This document shows positions 1 to 9,538 of a DNA stretch of 32,000 nucleotides, piece by piece. The stretch spans positions 1 through 32,000 of the forward strand of contig NZ_CP146064.1 in the NCBI RefSeq assembly GCF_037013405.1, given 5' to 3'. Under the pieces are notes generated by a model. That model saw only the letters and a program-made list of their open reading frames with translations, was not told the DNA's origin and did not search any database. Both the position numbers and the translations under genes were made by a program. The first letter of the stretch is position 1, and each line of letters starts with the position of its first letter. Origin of the DNA: Candidatus Nanosynbacter sp. BB002. GTDB taxonomy: Bacteria > Patescibacteriota > Saccharimonadia > Saccharimonadales > Saccharimonadaceae.

Positions 1-1353
1 ATGAAAGAACAAGCAATCTGGCAGGGAGTATTGGGTCAGTTAGAATTGACCATTCCGTCTTCTTCATTCTCTGCATGGTTCACAAAAACAAAATTAGAAC
101 TAGTTTCTGACAAAGAGGCAGTTATCATTGTGCCAAATATTTTCGTAGAGGCACAGCTAGAGAAAAAGTTTCATACCGATATTCAAGAAGCTTTAAAATC
201 AAACGGTTTTGAAGGTGTGGTGCGATATAGGATTGGTTCTGGTTCACGAAAAAAAACCGTCAACCGGGATCAGCCAGAAGAGACTGTTCGCCCGACAGAA
301 CGTCGCATCATCGCCCCAACGCAAAAAAACAATAGCAATCTCAATCCGCGCTATACGTTTGATAACTTTATCGTTGGCTCAAGCAACGACCTGGCTTATG
401 CTGCCTGCCAAGCGGTCGCCTCACACCCTGGCCTCAAATACAATCCACTCTATTTATATGGCGGTTCAGGTCTTGGTAAAACCCACCTCATGCAAGCAGT
501 TGGCAATGAAATTATCAAACAACAGCCGTCAGCCCGGGTGCTATACACGACAACTGAAGCCTTTGTAAACGAATTCTTGGATTATATTCGTTTCAAGAAA
601 AAGGGTTTTTCTGATAAATATCGCAATGTTGACGTGCTAATTGTTGATGATATGCAGTTTATTGCCGGCAAAGAAAAAACCCAGGATGAATTTTTTCACA
701 CCTTCAATGACCTCCATCAAAACAACAAACAAATTATCATCAGCTCTGATAAGCCGCCCAAAAGTATCCCTACCCTCACTGACCGACTACGCAGCCGTTT
801 TGAATGGGGTATGGCAATCGATATTCAAATGCCTGACTATGAAACGCGGTGTGCCATCGTCAAAGCAAAGGCTAGCCTCAGCGGTACTGAGCTAGAATCA
901 GGAGTTGTTGAATATCTGGCAGCTAATTTCAAAACAAATATTCGTGAGCTTGAGGGTGCACTCAATCGCCTCCTGGCCTATGCTGACATGCAAGGCTTTG
1001 TGCCAGATGTGGCGGCAGCCGAGAGCGTCTTGGGCGACATGAAACGCGTTCGCCCGCAACACATTACCGCTAAGCAGATTATCGATCGGACGGCGCGCTA
1101 TTTTAATCTCGATCCAAAAGACATGTGTTCAGCCAGGCGTGATAAGTTCATCGTCCAGCCACGACAAATTGCCATGTATCTGTTGCGTAGTGAATTGAAA
1201 ATGAGTTTTCCAAAAATCGCTCAAGAACTTGGCCGTAAAGACCACACCACAGCCATGCACTCTGTTGAAAAAATCACCAAAGAAAGTTTAACCAACCAGC
1301 TAGTGCGCGAACAAATCAATGACGTCAAGGATAAACTATATGTGCAAAATTAG
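1..1353 (+). CDS. dnaA: Chromosomal replication initiator protein DnaA
   Basis: 450-aa ORF. AAA+ Walker A GGSGLGKTHL, Walker B LIVDDMQF, C-terminal DnaA-box-binding helix-turn-helix (KDHTTAMHSVEKI). Followed by a DnaA-box cluster and dnaN. Confidence 0.97.
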   Translation: MKEQAIWQGVLGQLELTIPSSSFSAWFTKTKLELVSDKEAVIIVPNIFVEAQLEKKFHTDIQEALKSNGFEGVVRYRIGSGSRKKTVNRDQPEETVRPTERRIIAPTQKNNSNLNPRYTFDNFIVGSSNDLAYAACQAVASHPGLKYNPLYLYGGSGLGKTHLMQAVGNEIIKQQPSARVLYTTTEAFVNEFLDYIRFKKKGFSDKYRNVDVLIVDDMQFIAGKEKTQDEFFHTFNDLHQNNKQIIISSDKPPKSIPTLTDRLRSRFEWGMAIDIQMPDYETRCAIVKAKASLSGTELESGVVEYLAANFKTNIRELEGALNRLLAYADMQGFVPDVAAAESVLGDMKRVRPQHITAKQIIDRTARYFNLDPKDMCSARRDKFIVQPRQIAMYLLRSELKMSFPKIAQELGRKDHTTAMHSVEKITKESLTNQLVREQINDVKDKLYVQN

Positions 1354-1453
1354 TGGAAAACCTGTGCACGACCTATGGAATTCTATCTGCAGTCTGCGAC
1401 TAAGCTTGTGGCAAAGTCTGGCGGGCTCCGTACGACTGTGGGTTAACTCAGCC

Positions 1454-1600
1454 TTATCCACTGCCTTGTACCAAGTTGATCCACAAAGCTATCCACAGGT
1501 TTTTTCGCCCACTTACCTCTGTCTGAACACTTGTTTTACTCAGTTTCCACAGCACCTATTATTACTAACACCAGATAAAAAATAAGAAAGGTTATATAAT
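1454..1600. other. Candidate oriC: co-oriented DnaA-box cluster plus AT-rich unwinding region in the dnaA-dnaN spacer
   Basis: Near-consensus 9-mers versus TTATCCACA: TTATCCACT (1454-1462), TGATCCACA (1477-1485), CTATCCACA (1489-1497), GTTTCCACA (1543-1551). Weaker reverse boxes TGTGGCAAA and TGTGGGTTA lie around 1408-1445. AT-rich stretch at 1555-1600. Confidence 0.6.
1595..1600 (+). promoter_or_regulatory. -10 box TATAAT 7 nt upstream of the dnaN ATG (leaderless-type start)
   Basis: Sequence is ggtTATATAATagtcactATG. The only SD-like GAAAGG lies about 16 nt from the ATG, which is too far. Confidence 0.4.
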
Positions 1601-1607
1601 AGTCACT

Positions 1608-2708
1608 ATGAAGCTTTCAGTCACACAAGAAAATTTCGCAAAAGCACTCAGTAATATCGGAAGGGTGGCTTCTGGTCGTGTCGAACTTCCTATTTTGAAT
1701 AATATTTTACTTCGCACCGACGGAGGGAGATTGTTGATTGCAGCTACCAATTTGGAAATTGCTTCCACTCAGTACATTGGCGCAAAAATACAATCACCGG
1801 GTTCGATCACTATCCCGGCACGATTGATCTCAGAATTTATCTCAACCCTGCCAAGCGGCACTATCGACCTGGAGACCAAAGACGATCACCTGCACATCAC
1901 CTCTGGCAAATTTAAGTCAGTCATCAATGGTGTCATTGCTGATGAATTTCCAGAGTTACCAACCATCAATGAAGATACAGCAGTGCGCTACGAAATCGCC
2001 ACTGATGATCTGAAAAAAGCGGTGTCGCAAACTATTTTGGCGGCTAGCTCTGATATGGCCCGGGCGGTACTGACTGGGGTATATTGGCATACTTTTGAAG
2101 ACGAGTTATATTTGGCGGCAACCGACGGCTACCGGCTCGCTGAACGAAAACTAATGAAAGCGGACGGCGAAGTTTCAGCCATCATCCCAACGTCTGCCCT
2201 GCAGGAAGTGATTCGTAGTTTGAGTGACGCCACGGAAACCATCGTGATATTATTTGGCGATGACCAAGTTTGTTTCCAAACGCCAGAACTGGAAATTATT
2301 AGCCGCCTAATTGATGGAAAATTTCCAGATTATCGCCAGCTGATTCCTCAACAGTCACAAACGGAAATCATCGTTTCGCGCGCCGACCTCAGCCGCATCA
2401 CCAAAGTTGCCAGTCTGTTCGCTCGAGAGTCAGGCGGCGGCGTTACTATCAATGCTTCGGCTGAAAATAATATCATCTCCATCCACTCCATTGCCTCAGA
2501 ACTTGGTGAAAATACCTCAGAAGCTACCGCTAAGATTTCCGCTGATGGTCAGATTACGCTCAATTCTCGGTACTTGACTGAGGCGTTAAATGTCACCGAC
2601 GGAGATGAAGTGTCGTTTGCTTTCAGTGGTAAACTCTCTCCTTGTATCATCCAATCTACGGCGAAAAAACGTGATTATATCCACATCATTATGCCACTAA
2701 AAAGTTAG
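1608..2708 (+). CDS. dnaN: DNA polymerase III beta sliding clamp
   Basis: 366-aa ORF directly after dnaA. Typical beta-clamp N-terminus (MKLSVTQENFAKAL, PILNNILL), ATDGYRLA motif and C-terminal IIMPLK. Confidence 0.95.
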   Translation: MKLSVTQENFAKALSNIGRVASGRVELPILNNILLRTDGGRLLIAATNLEIASTQYIGAKIQSPGSITIPARLISEFISTLPSGTIDLETKDDHLHITSGKFKSVINGVIADEFPELPTINEDTAVRYEIATDDLKKAVSQTILAASSDMARAVLTGVYWHTFEDELYLAATDGYRLAERKLMKADGEVSAIIPTSALQEVIRSLSDATETIVILFGDDQVCFQTPELEIISRLIDGKFPDYRQLIPQQSQTEIIVSRADLSRITKVASLFARESGGGVTINASAENNIISIHSIASELGENTSEATAKISADGQITLNSRYLTEALNVTDGDEVSFAFSGKLSPCIIQSTAKKRDYIHIIMPLKS

Positions 2709-2709
2709 G

Positions 2710-3438
2710 TTAATAATCACGGAACTTATAACACCATGATGGTCGTCCGTCGCCACATGGTACAGCGGCTCGACTCTCTTTTTCTTTCTTGGTCGGTATG
2801 ATGTAATTATTTACCTTCATATCGTAGTTATCTGGCGTCGCGCCAAGTTTAGCTAATTTCTCTAATATTTGACTCAGGAGAGCTTCGCCATTACGTCCAG
2901 CCATGGTGATACAGATGCCAATTTTATGCGATTTCTTGATATCCGTGCGGTACGGCTGGCAAGAAAATACTCGGTAGTCTCTATCTTCAAACGGCAAATG
3001 TTGTAAGATTGGATTGGCTTTATCGATCTCTTTACCCACCCTATTCACTTCTCGACTACCTAGACCATCTAATACCTTGGCGTATTTTTTCTGTTTCAGT
3101 TCATTTTTTGCCTTGTCGGTTTTTGGCGTCAGGGCGAATAATAATTTTCGCTCCTTCCCTTTTTCTAGATCAAGCTCAACGGTATATGTGTCATAGCCGT
3201 CAGCGCTAAAACTAAAAGTATGTTTACCGCTTTTAACCGCTACGGGCTTGTCAGACTTGATGACCTGATTTTTCACTGAGTCGTACGACATTTTAACAGT
3301 CTCTGGAGCAAAGGTCGCCAGTAATGTAGTATCGTGCGTGACTGTTTGAAATACATAATATGAGATAAGCGCAACAATCAGCGCGCCGATAATCACTGCA
3401 CCGCCAATAATTTTTTGCTTTGTGATGACTGGCTGCAT
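2710..3438 (-). CDS. Membrane-anchored protein with a PEGA-like beta-sandwich segment; last gene of the T4SS-like operon
   Basis: 242-aa ORF with an N-terminal TM (IIGGAVIIGALIVALISYYVF). Segment VKSGKHTFSFSADGYDTYTVELDLEKGKERKLLFALTP resembles the second half of PEGA domains. Cys-containing C-terminal domain. Lies 12 nt downstream of the hydrolase gene. Confidence 0.6.
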   Translation of the reverse strand: MQPVITKQKIIGGAVIIGALIVALISYYVFQTVTHDTTLLATFAPETVKMSYDSVKNQVIKSDKPVAVKSGKHTFSFSADGYDTYTVELDLEKGKERKLLFALTPKTDKAKNELKQKKYAKVLDGLGSREVNRVGKEIDKANPILQHLPFEDRDYRVFSCQPYRTDIKKSHKIGICITMAGRNGEALLSQILEKLAKLGATPDNYDMKVNNYIIPTKKEKESRAAVPCGDGRPSWCYKFRDY

Positions 3439-3450
3439 GATATTTCCTTT

Positions 3451-4683
3451 CTAGGTTTTGTTTGATTGAATGACGCGAACCAAGATATTACCTGGTTGAG
3501 TGAGTTGATAGTCAACAGATCCTTGCTTGATGAATATCGGTACTGTATCTCCAAGGGAGGCATTAGCGGCGACGTAACCTCCACCGACGTCACCAGTGTA
3601 AATTAAAGTATGTCCGTAGCCACCATGGCTTGGGTGGAGGAGGATATCACCTGGCTGCAAGTCTGAAGCAGATGGACGATCGATGATTTTGAATTTTTCT
3701 GGATGAGATTTTACGTAAGTATACTGATCAGTGGTGCCAATTGGCTGGTAATCTTTGTCTGCACCAGAAGTACGCAGCACCGTCGCTACAAATCTACCGC
3801 AGTCAGTGTCTGAACTACCGACGACACTTGGGTTATTCTTTTTGACTGCATCGATATATTCAGCTTTAGCCGTCTGGTTATTAGCCCCTTTGTCAGTATT
3901 TGGATTCCACGCCAACTGCTTGGCTGTATCGACGATGCTCTGCCCGGCGACACTAGACCCATTACCACTACAACCAGTTGCTGATGCTGAACTAATTTGT
4001 GCACCACTCGAATCACCACCGGCGCTTGCCGCGATTTTTGACGGATCGCCGTCTTGGATTTTACCCTTATAGCTGTTGAAAATCTCAGAGGCATACTGGG
4101 CACGGTTACCTTCTTCGCCTGCACCATAGCGCTCAAATGTTTCACCAAACTCAACCGCCAAAGCACTGACACTGCTACCCGATTTGTCAGTGTGTTTAAG
4201 TAGTACTTTCAGACCAGCATTTTCTGCCCCATTCAGCTCCTCCCAGAGGTATTCTAGCTGCCCTTCGATGGTACTGTAATTTGGCTTTTTTTCTAGATTA
4301 GTGCGGCGCCCACCCAGCCACTGCGCGATACCGTATGCACCAATACTGTTGAGGGCGCTCGGATCGATGCGAGATTCCTGCTGGAGGTTACCAGCCACCG
4401 CTGCTGCTTGTACTAACGTTAGACCCTTGCCGGTAAAAAACTTAAGAACTTTTTCTACGTTTTCACCAGAAAGTTCACCAGTCGCAGTATTTTGGGTTGA
4501 GCAGATTTGACCGTTTGGATTGTTGATATTGATGTCATTTAAAATATAGTCTTGGTAAGGAATACCGGCCGGTTGATCCTTCTTCTTTTCTTTATCTTTT
4601 TCTGGCGCTGCTGAGGAGTCGGCGGTCAAAAATATGACACAGCTCACTAAAGCTAGCAATAGACCGATAGTTACTCGTTTCAT
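3451..4683 (-). CDS. Secreted peptidoglycan hydrolase: lysozyme-like (phage-tail-lysozyme type) domain plus NlpC/P60- or CHAP-type cysteine peptidase domain
   Basis: The ORF runs to 4713, but the preferred start is the ATG at 4683 (MKRVTIGLLLALVSCVIF signal peptide, GGAGAG SD upstream, ATGA overlap with the upstream stop). Motif AAAVAGNLQQESRIDP...YGIAQW. C-terminal catalytic-type DCGRFV (Cys) and GYGHTLIY (His). Confidence 0.8.
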   Translation of the reverse strand: MKRVTIGLLLALVSCVIFLTADSSAAPEKDKEKKKDQPAGIPYQDYILNDININNPNGQICSTQNTATGELSGENVEKVLKFFTGKGLTLVQAAAVAGNLQQESRIDPSALNSIGAYGIAQWLGGRRTNLEKKPNYSTIEGQLEYLWEELNGAENAGLKVLLKHTDKSGSSVSALAVEFGETFERYGAGEEGNRAQYASEIFNSYKGKIQDGDPSKIAASAGGDSSGAQISSASATGCSGNGSSVAGQSIVDTAKQLAWNPNTDKGANNQTAKAEYIDAVKKNNPSVVGSSDTDCGRFVATVLRTSGADKDYQPIGTTDQYTYVKSHPEKFKIIDRPSASDLQPGDILLHPSHGGYGHTLIYTGDVGGGYVAANASLGDTVPIFIKQGSVDYQLTQPGNILVRVIQSNKT

Positions 4684-7600
4684 TGTACTCTCCTTGCGTA
4701 GTCCCAGTGCCACGGCTCATCTTTATACCAGCCAGGATTGTTACGGTCTCTTGCCCATGGTGGGTTGACAAAGCCGTATTTTGAGGCATTTGATGCTAGC
4801 CACAGATAAATTGGCGTATTAAAACCTGAACCACCTATATTAATATCTAGGGCTAGTCCATGTCCATGTTTTGATGTTCCTGGAGTTGCTTGTGTTATAC
4901 CGCTTGAGAAGTAATCTTGTTGTGTTGCTAATGTACGGTATGATTCGGTAATTGTCATGTGTTGACCACCATGTTCTTGAGCATAGGCTTCATTCATAGC
5001 ATCGAAAGCTTGAGCGGCCTTTGGATGCATGTAATGTCCTGGTGCAGTTTTCAACTCACTCATGGCTGACAGTGGAATCTCACCGTTTCTGTGTCCACCC
5101 CACGACGCAGGTTCATTTCCAAAAGTCTGTGCTTCTTCTAATTCCGGTGGACCGATAGCGTCGCCGACTGGTCCGCTGCTTGGCTGTTGTGCCCCAGTGT
5201 TGGCTGATGGATCATCAATTTCTTTTGGATAATATTTACCTTCTTTGTCGTCCGCCATCAAGGCCAGGTTGCCAGCTACGGTTAATTCCAAGGCACATGG
5301 ATCGGCCACACTGTACGTCGGGACTAAGTCGCCTTCATGAATCCCATAACTCGCTTCACGCTCTTTGGCTTTGGTTGAACAGACAGCATCGGTGTACTGA
5401 CTTGGGTCGGCTTTATACACTGCTTTGTCAGTAAAACCATGCCAAGTTACACCGAAAGCTCGCATGACGGCTGCTTGGTCATATTTGGCGGCATGCGTGT
5501 TAGTTGGCGTGATGGCAGACGCTAGGGCGACCGGTGCGCGTGCGATTAATCGCATGGTTGAAAAACCGGAAGTTGGCATAACGGCTAGTAACTGTCCAGC
5601 CACCGAACGCTTAAGTGTTGGGTCAAATAACTTCGCCATGAGTGGTTGTTCGCGGAATTCTTCGTCACGCTCTTGCTCGATCTGTTTTGCGAGCACACTG
5701 ACTTGCTGGTTGGTGAGGCGTGCCCCACCGATGCCGTCTGGCTGTTTGGAGCCTGAATCGGCGCCAGCTTGTCCAGCTTCAGTACTACTTTGCATAGTTG
5801 TTGTCAGTCCGCCGTGTAGAGCTTCAAAGTTATTGTTACCCGGCGCGTCAACCCCCACCTCTGGTATACCGAACAGCAAACTCACTGCCCAACCCATGGC
5901 TTTTTCGATCAAGCCTTCAGAGAGTTCAACCAGCTGCTTCAATCCTGGCAATTCCTGTAAATAACTAAAGAACCAGCTAAATACCTTACCGACCGTATCA
6001 CCAACAAAGTCAATGATCGCGCCGAACGTACTATTCCAGGCTTCAGCTATCCCGGCCAACACTTGCCAGACAGGATATTTCGTAAAGGTAGTGTAGTCTT
6101 TGACAATCTTTTTTTCTGGACAGACAAGCTCACCGGGATCTAAGGCAACCACCTTTTCTTCACCACCAACCTCGCACTTGGTGCGAATACCACCGTCCTC
6201 AGCGTAGGCTATTGGGTATAATAATGATGCTGCGGTGTTATTGCCGCCAAATGTTGCCTGAAATATTGGTGCTGCTTCGGCGCCGTCAAATAGCGAGGTT
6301 GCTAACTCAACATGTTGAATATTATCAATTGTTCCCGCCCGAATTTGGTCTCGCGTCAAGACTGGGCTAGCTTCTTCATCATAAGTGAACGCGGTATACA
6401 GCTGCTTCTTTTGGTCAGCTCCGACAATTTCAATAACCTTTTCATTAACTGCTCCAACAATCTTTGCAACCAAATCAATTGCTCCAATGATGGCGTTTGC
6501 AGCCGCTATTTTCTTAAACAGTTGCTTACTGATGATTTTACCTAGCGGTGTGTCTGGTGCTGCTTTGGACAGAGAATCAATATTATTAAGAGCTTCTTTT
6601 TGCCCTTTAATTTTTTTCACCTTTTCATCGGCTTTTGTCTTATTGTCACCTGTCGCTTTTTCAGCTTCTTTTTCTGCTTCGCTAATCTTACTATCGAGGT
6701 CGTTATTTAATTTATCTAACGTGTCTTGGCATTTTTTAGCGTCAGTACCATCCAAACATCCTAAATACGCTGCAAAACGAGGCGACATTTTAGCGGTGAT
6801 ACGTGTATTCATATTTAGCTTAATTTTAGCCTTAAAGTCAGCATATTTTTGACCAGCTTTTTCTGGTATGATGTTAAACTTTTTCACACCGTATTTTCGA
6901 TACAATACACGTTTAGATAGATAGCGCATGAAATAGTTACGTCCGTGAACCTTACGTGTCATCTTTTTTATATGACGACGCATATCTTTGTGAGATAATT
7001 CCTTTTCTACCCCTTGCAGGACAGAGTTCATATCTTTTGACTCAAGATGCATGGTAAATGAGGTCGCTTTACCACCCAGGGTGTTTCTACCACTTGCATT
7101 AAAGACAGCCTTAACGTTTCTTCCTTCTTTTTCAAATTTAGCATCAAGCTGTTCTTCAAACCACGTGCTATATTTTGTAGCTCCCAGGTGACACAAAACA
7201 CCACCGCCAGCACAAAACACGAGATTGGCATCGCCAGGATATGCGGTTTGCATCATTTTCATGGCGACCCAGCGTGTGGTGATATACTCGAGTCGTTGGT
7301 TGATGGCGTGCTGTGGCACAGAGCTGAGCTGGTCGGTGATGGTGGAGACCATGGCATCAAGCTTATATGGCAAAATTGTGAAAAATAACATCATCAGGCC
7401 AAACAACCCTCCACCGATACCGGCTGTGGCACCCCATTTTTTGCGAGTCATATTTGCCAAAAGGTTGCCGCGCTTTTTGTTGCCGGACTTACCCAAAGGA
7501 GACCGAGAGTATAGCTGTTCTTGATTATTAACGCTGTCCGCAGCGTTTAGTCCATCATCTTTCTTGTCGCCATCATAAAAATTATCATTGGCGGCATTAT

Positions 7601-7694
7601 TCTCCATGGAGTTCAGATATTTAGACGTTTGTTCAGAGGCCGGATTGAGCCGTTCATCAACATCTGGATCAGTCGTATAATCAATTCGTGGCAT
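4680..7694 (-). CDS. Large membrane-anchored protein with C-terminal M15 (VanY / D-Ala-D-Ala carboxypeptidase-like, LAS family) zinc peptidase domain
   Basis: 1004-aa ORF. One N-proximal TM (GIGGGLFGLMMLFFTILPY) and a K/E-rich coiled-coil segment. The last ~130 aa carry SKHGHGLALD and EPWHWDY (VanY-type H-x6-D and H-x-H metal ligands). Starts 2 nt after the VirB4 stop. Confidence 0.8.
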   Translation of the reverse strand: MPRIDYTTDPDVDERLNPASEQTSKYLNSMENNAANDNFYDGDKKDDGLNAADSVNNQEQLYSRSPLGKSGNKKRGNLLANMTRKKWGATAGIGGGLFGLMMLFFTILPYKLDAMVSTITDQLSSVPQHAINQRLEYITTRWVAMKMMQTAYPGDANLVFCAGGGVLCHLGATKYSTWFEEQLDAKFEKEGRNVKAVFNASGRNTLGGKATSFTMHLESKDMNSVLQGVEKELSHKDMRRHIKKMTRKVHGRNYFMRYLSKRVLYRKYGVKKFNIIPEKAGQKYADFKAKIKLNMNTRITAKMSPRFAAYLGCLDGTDAKKCQDTLDKLNNDLDSKISEAEKEAEKATGDNKTKADEKVKKIKGQKEALNNIDSLSKAAPDTPLGKIISKQLFKKIAAANAIIGAIDLVAKIVGAVNEKVIEIVGADQKKQLYTAFTYDEEASPVLTRDQIRAGTIDNIQHVELATSLFDGAEAAPIFQATFGGNNTAASLLYPIAYAEDGGIRTKCEVGGEEKVVALDPGELVCPEKKIVKDYTTFTKYPVWQVLAGIAEAWNSTFGAIIDFVGDTVGKVFSWFFSYLQELPGLKQLVELSEGLIEKAMGWAVSLLFGIPEVGVDAPGNNNFEALHGGLTTTMQSSTEAGQAGADSGSKQPDGIGGARLTNQQVSVLAKQIEQERDEEFREQPLMAKLFDPTLKRSVAGQLLAVMPTSGFSTMRLIARAPVALASAITPTNTHAAKYDQAAVMRAFGVTWHGFTDKAVYKADPSQYTDAVCSTKAKEREASYGIHEGDLVPTYSVADPCALELTVAGNLALMADDKEGKYYPKEIDDPSANTGAQQPSSGPVGDAIGPPELEEAQTFGNEPASWGGHRNGEIPLSAMSELKTAPGHYMHPKAAQAFDAMNEAYAQEHGGQHMTITESYRTLATQQDYFSSGITQATPGTSKHGHGLALDINIGGSGFNTPIYLWLASNASKYGFVNPPWARDRNNPGWYKDEPWHWDYARRVQ

Positions 7695-7696
7695 AA

Positions 7697-9538
7697 TTAT
7701 ACTGCTCCATACCCACCAATTGGTGTTTCAGACGGAAGCTGTTGTTTTACAGGTGAAGTATTAATCAGATCATACTCGGTATCACTGGCTTGAATCTGGA
7801 TGTGCACGTGGTTTTGTCCAGCAAAGAACAGCCCCTGTCCAACGGGGAAATTCGCTAAGCGTTTCTGCTCTTCCTCGGTTAGCTTAAACACACTAGAAAG
7901 CACATCAACGGCACTGGATGATTGCTTGAGAAGGAGCTGCATGGATGAGTTGGCAACGATAGCGCGGCCCATTTTACTGCCCACAAAGTCCTCGACGTCC
8001 TGAGTGATGGTAGTGAGTCCTAGTTGATATTTTCGGGCTCGCTTAGCTAGGCTAAACAAGAAGCTAGCTGAGTCTTCATATTTCATCAATTGCCATGCCT
8101 CGTCAACGATCAACATACGCTTTTTCTGGTCGGTTCGAGTGATATTCCAGATGTGATTCAATACAATATACATAGCCGTTGGGCGTAGTTCATCTTCCAG
8201 ATCTCGGATGTTAAAGACTACCATGGCGTTATTGATATCGATATTACTCTGCTGACTGAAAATACCAGCAAAGGTACCTGAAGTAAATTTACGCAGACGC
8301 TGTGCTAACTGTGGACCAGTGCCGCCCATGTGTAGTAATGTATCATACAAATCATGAATGGTTGGCGGTGTTGAATTGTGGGTTAATGGGTCCGACGTGA
8401 TACCAACACGAGCATAGGTGTCGATCAGTGCCTGGTCGATATCTGCTTCCTCTGCCGCGGTTAGTCCGATAGAACCAGCTACTGAACCACCCAACATTTG
8501 ACGCAATAAACCGTGCAGCGTCACCAAATTAGCACGTAACGCGTCGTCTGCTTCTTCGGTGTCAATCACTCGCGGTAGATCAAATGGATTGATGCGCGTG
8601 TCACTATTCAAACTCAAGCGTATATGACTACCGCCCACGGCATCACATAGCTTTTGGTATTCATTTTCCGGGTCGATGATGACAATGTCAGCGCCAGTCA
8701 TCATACTACGCAGTGCTTCCAGTTTCACTGTAAACGACTTACCAGCACCAGACTTTGCAAACACCACCATGTTGGCATTTTCTAGAGAAAATCGGTCAAA
8801 GATCACCAAACCATTGTTATGCATATTGATGCCGTACAACACACCCTTACCGTCGGTTAGGTCAGCAGAGGTGAATGGGAAGCTGGTGGAAATAGCACCA
8901 GTGTTCATGTTGCGGCGGATTTGTAATTGATCCATCAACTGAGGAATGGTGCTGTTCAGTCCCTGTTCTTGCTGATTTGACGCCACTTTACTAAAGATCA
9001 GCTGCTGACCAAAGATAGTTTCAATTTTGTGTTGAATAAAGTTCAGCTCATCAAGGCTATCGGCATAAATCGTCACATATAGTCCGTAACGGAAGAATTT
9101 TTCTGACCCAATCTGTAGCTGGTTACGCAGTTCTTCGGCGTCCTGCAAGGCAGCTTCCATGGCCGGGTCACGCACACGCCCCTTCTCTGCGTTGATATTC
9201 ATACTAGCTTCCAACTGAGTCACTTTTTTACGCAAATTGTTCAGCACCACCTGAGTGTCGACCGGGTAGATAAACATGCTGATATCCAACACCTCGTCGA
9301 TATTAATCACCGAACTCAACCAGCCGGTGTAAATTTCACGAGGATAACCATAGACGTAAATAGTACGGCCATATTTGGCACCCAGTCGGAAATAACTTGC
9401 TTGAATTTCCACACTACTTGGGGCGATAAAATCTCGCAGAGTTCTCACGCCAGTCAAGAAAGCCTGCTCGACCTCAGCTTGTTCGCGAGCACGCTGTTGA
9501 GCGGCGATATCGATGGCATCTAGTTTTTTCTTAGCCAT
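7697..9538 (-). CDS. virB4: VirB4/TrbE-family type IV secretion ATPase (Gram-positive type, lacks the extreme N-terminal domain)
   Basis: 613-aa ORF. Walker A VFAKSGAGKSFTVK, Walker B MLIVDEAWQLM. N-region FIAPSSVEIQASYFRLGAKYGRTIYVYGYPREIYTGWL is typical of Firmicute VirB4 homologs. Strong SD GGAGGAG and a TAATG overlap with the upstream gene. Confidence 0.9.
   Translation of the reverse strand: MAKKKLDAIDIAAQQRAREQAEVEQAFLTGVRTLRDFIAPSSVEIQASYFRLGAKYGRTIYVYGYPREIYTGWLSSVINIDEVLDISMFIYPVDTQVVLNNLRKKVTQLEASMNINAEKGRVRDPAMEAALQDAEELRNQLQIGSEKFFRYGLYVTIYADSLDELNFIQHKIETIFGQQLIFSKVASNQQEQGLNSTIPQLMDQLQIRRNMNTGAISTSFPFTSADLTDGKGVLYGINMHNNGLVIFDRFSLENANMVVFAKSGAGKSFTVKLEALRSMMTGADIVIIDPENEYQKLCDAVGGSHIRLSLNSDTRINPFDLPRVIDTEEADDALRANLVTLHGLLRQMLGGSVAGSIGLTAAEEADIDQALIDTYARVGITSDPLTHNSTPPTIHDLYDTLLHMGGTGPQLAQRLRKFTSGTFAGIFSQQSNIDINNAMVVFNIRDLEDELRPTAMYIVLNHIWNITRTDQKKRMLIVDEAWQLMKYEDSASFLFSLAKRARKYQLGLTTITQDVEDFVGSKMGRAIVANSSMQLLLKQSSSAVDVLSSVFKLTEEEQKRLANFPVGQGLFFAGQNHVHIQIQASDTEYDLINTSPVKQQLPSETPIGGYGAV

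Noticed and set aside
1319-1585. 88-aa plus-strand ORF in the dnaA-dnaN spacer.
   Set aside because: It overlaps the dnaA 3' end and spans the DnaA-box cluster. It has no SD or promoter, and its composition looks non-coding.
5425-6852. Antisense ORFs inside the M15 protein gene (179 aa and 155 aa). Similar antisense ORFs lie inside virB4, the VirB6-like genes, valS, murE (29068-29673) and murF.
   Set aside because: They sit opposite long ORFs with clear family motifs, lack start signals, and have Ser/Pro/Cys/Leu-rich compositions typical of antisense frames.
7680-7742. Apparent 1-nt discrepancies when hand-translating the M15 gene start and virB4 stop against the ORF track, which could suggest a frameshift.
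   Set aside because: Flanking anchors (4680, 7800, 9538) agree with the track, and the track translations are continuous. I attribute this to my own base-counting or reading error in that line and used the track coordinates.
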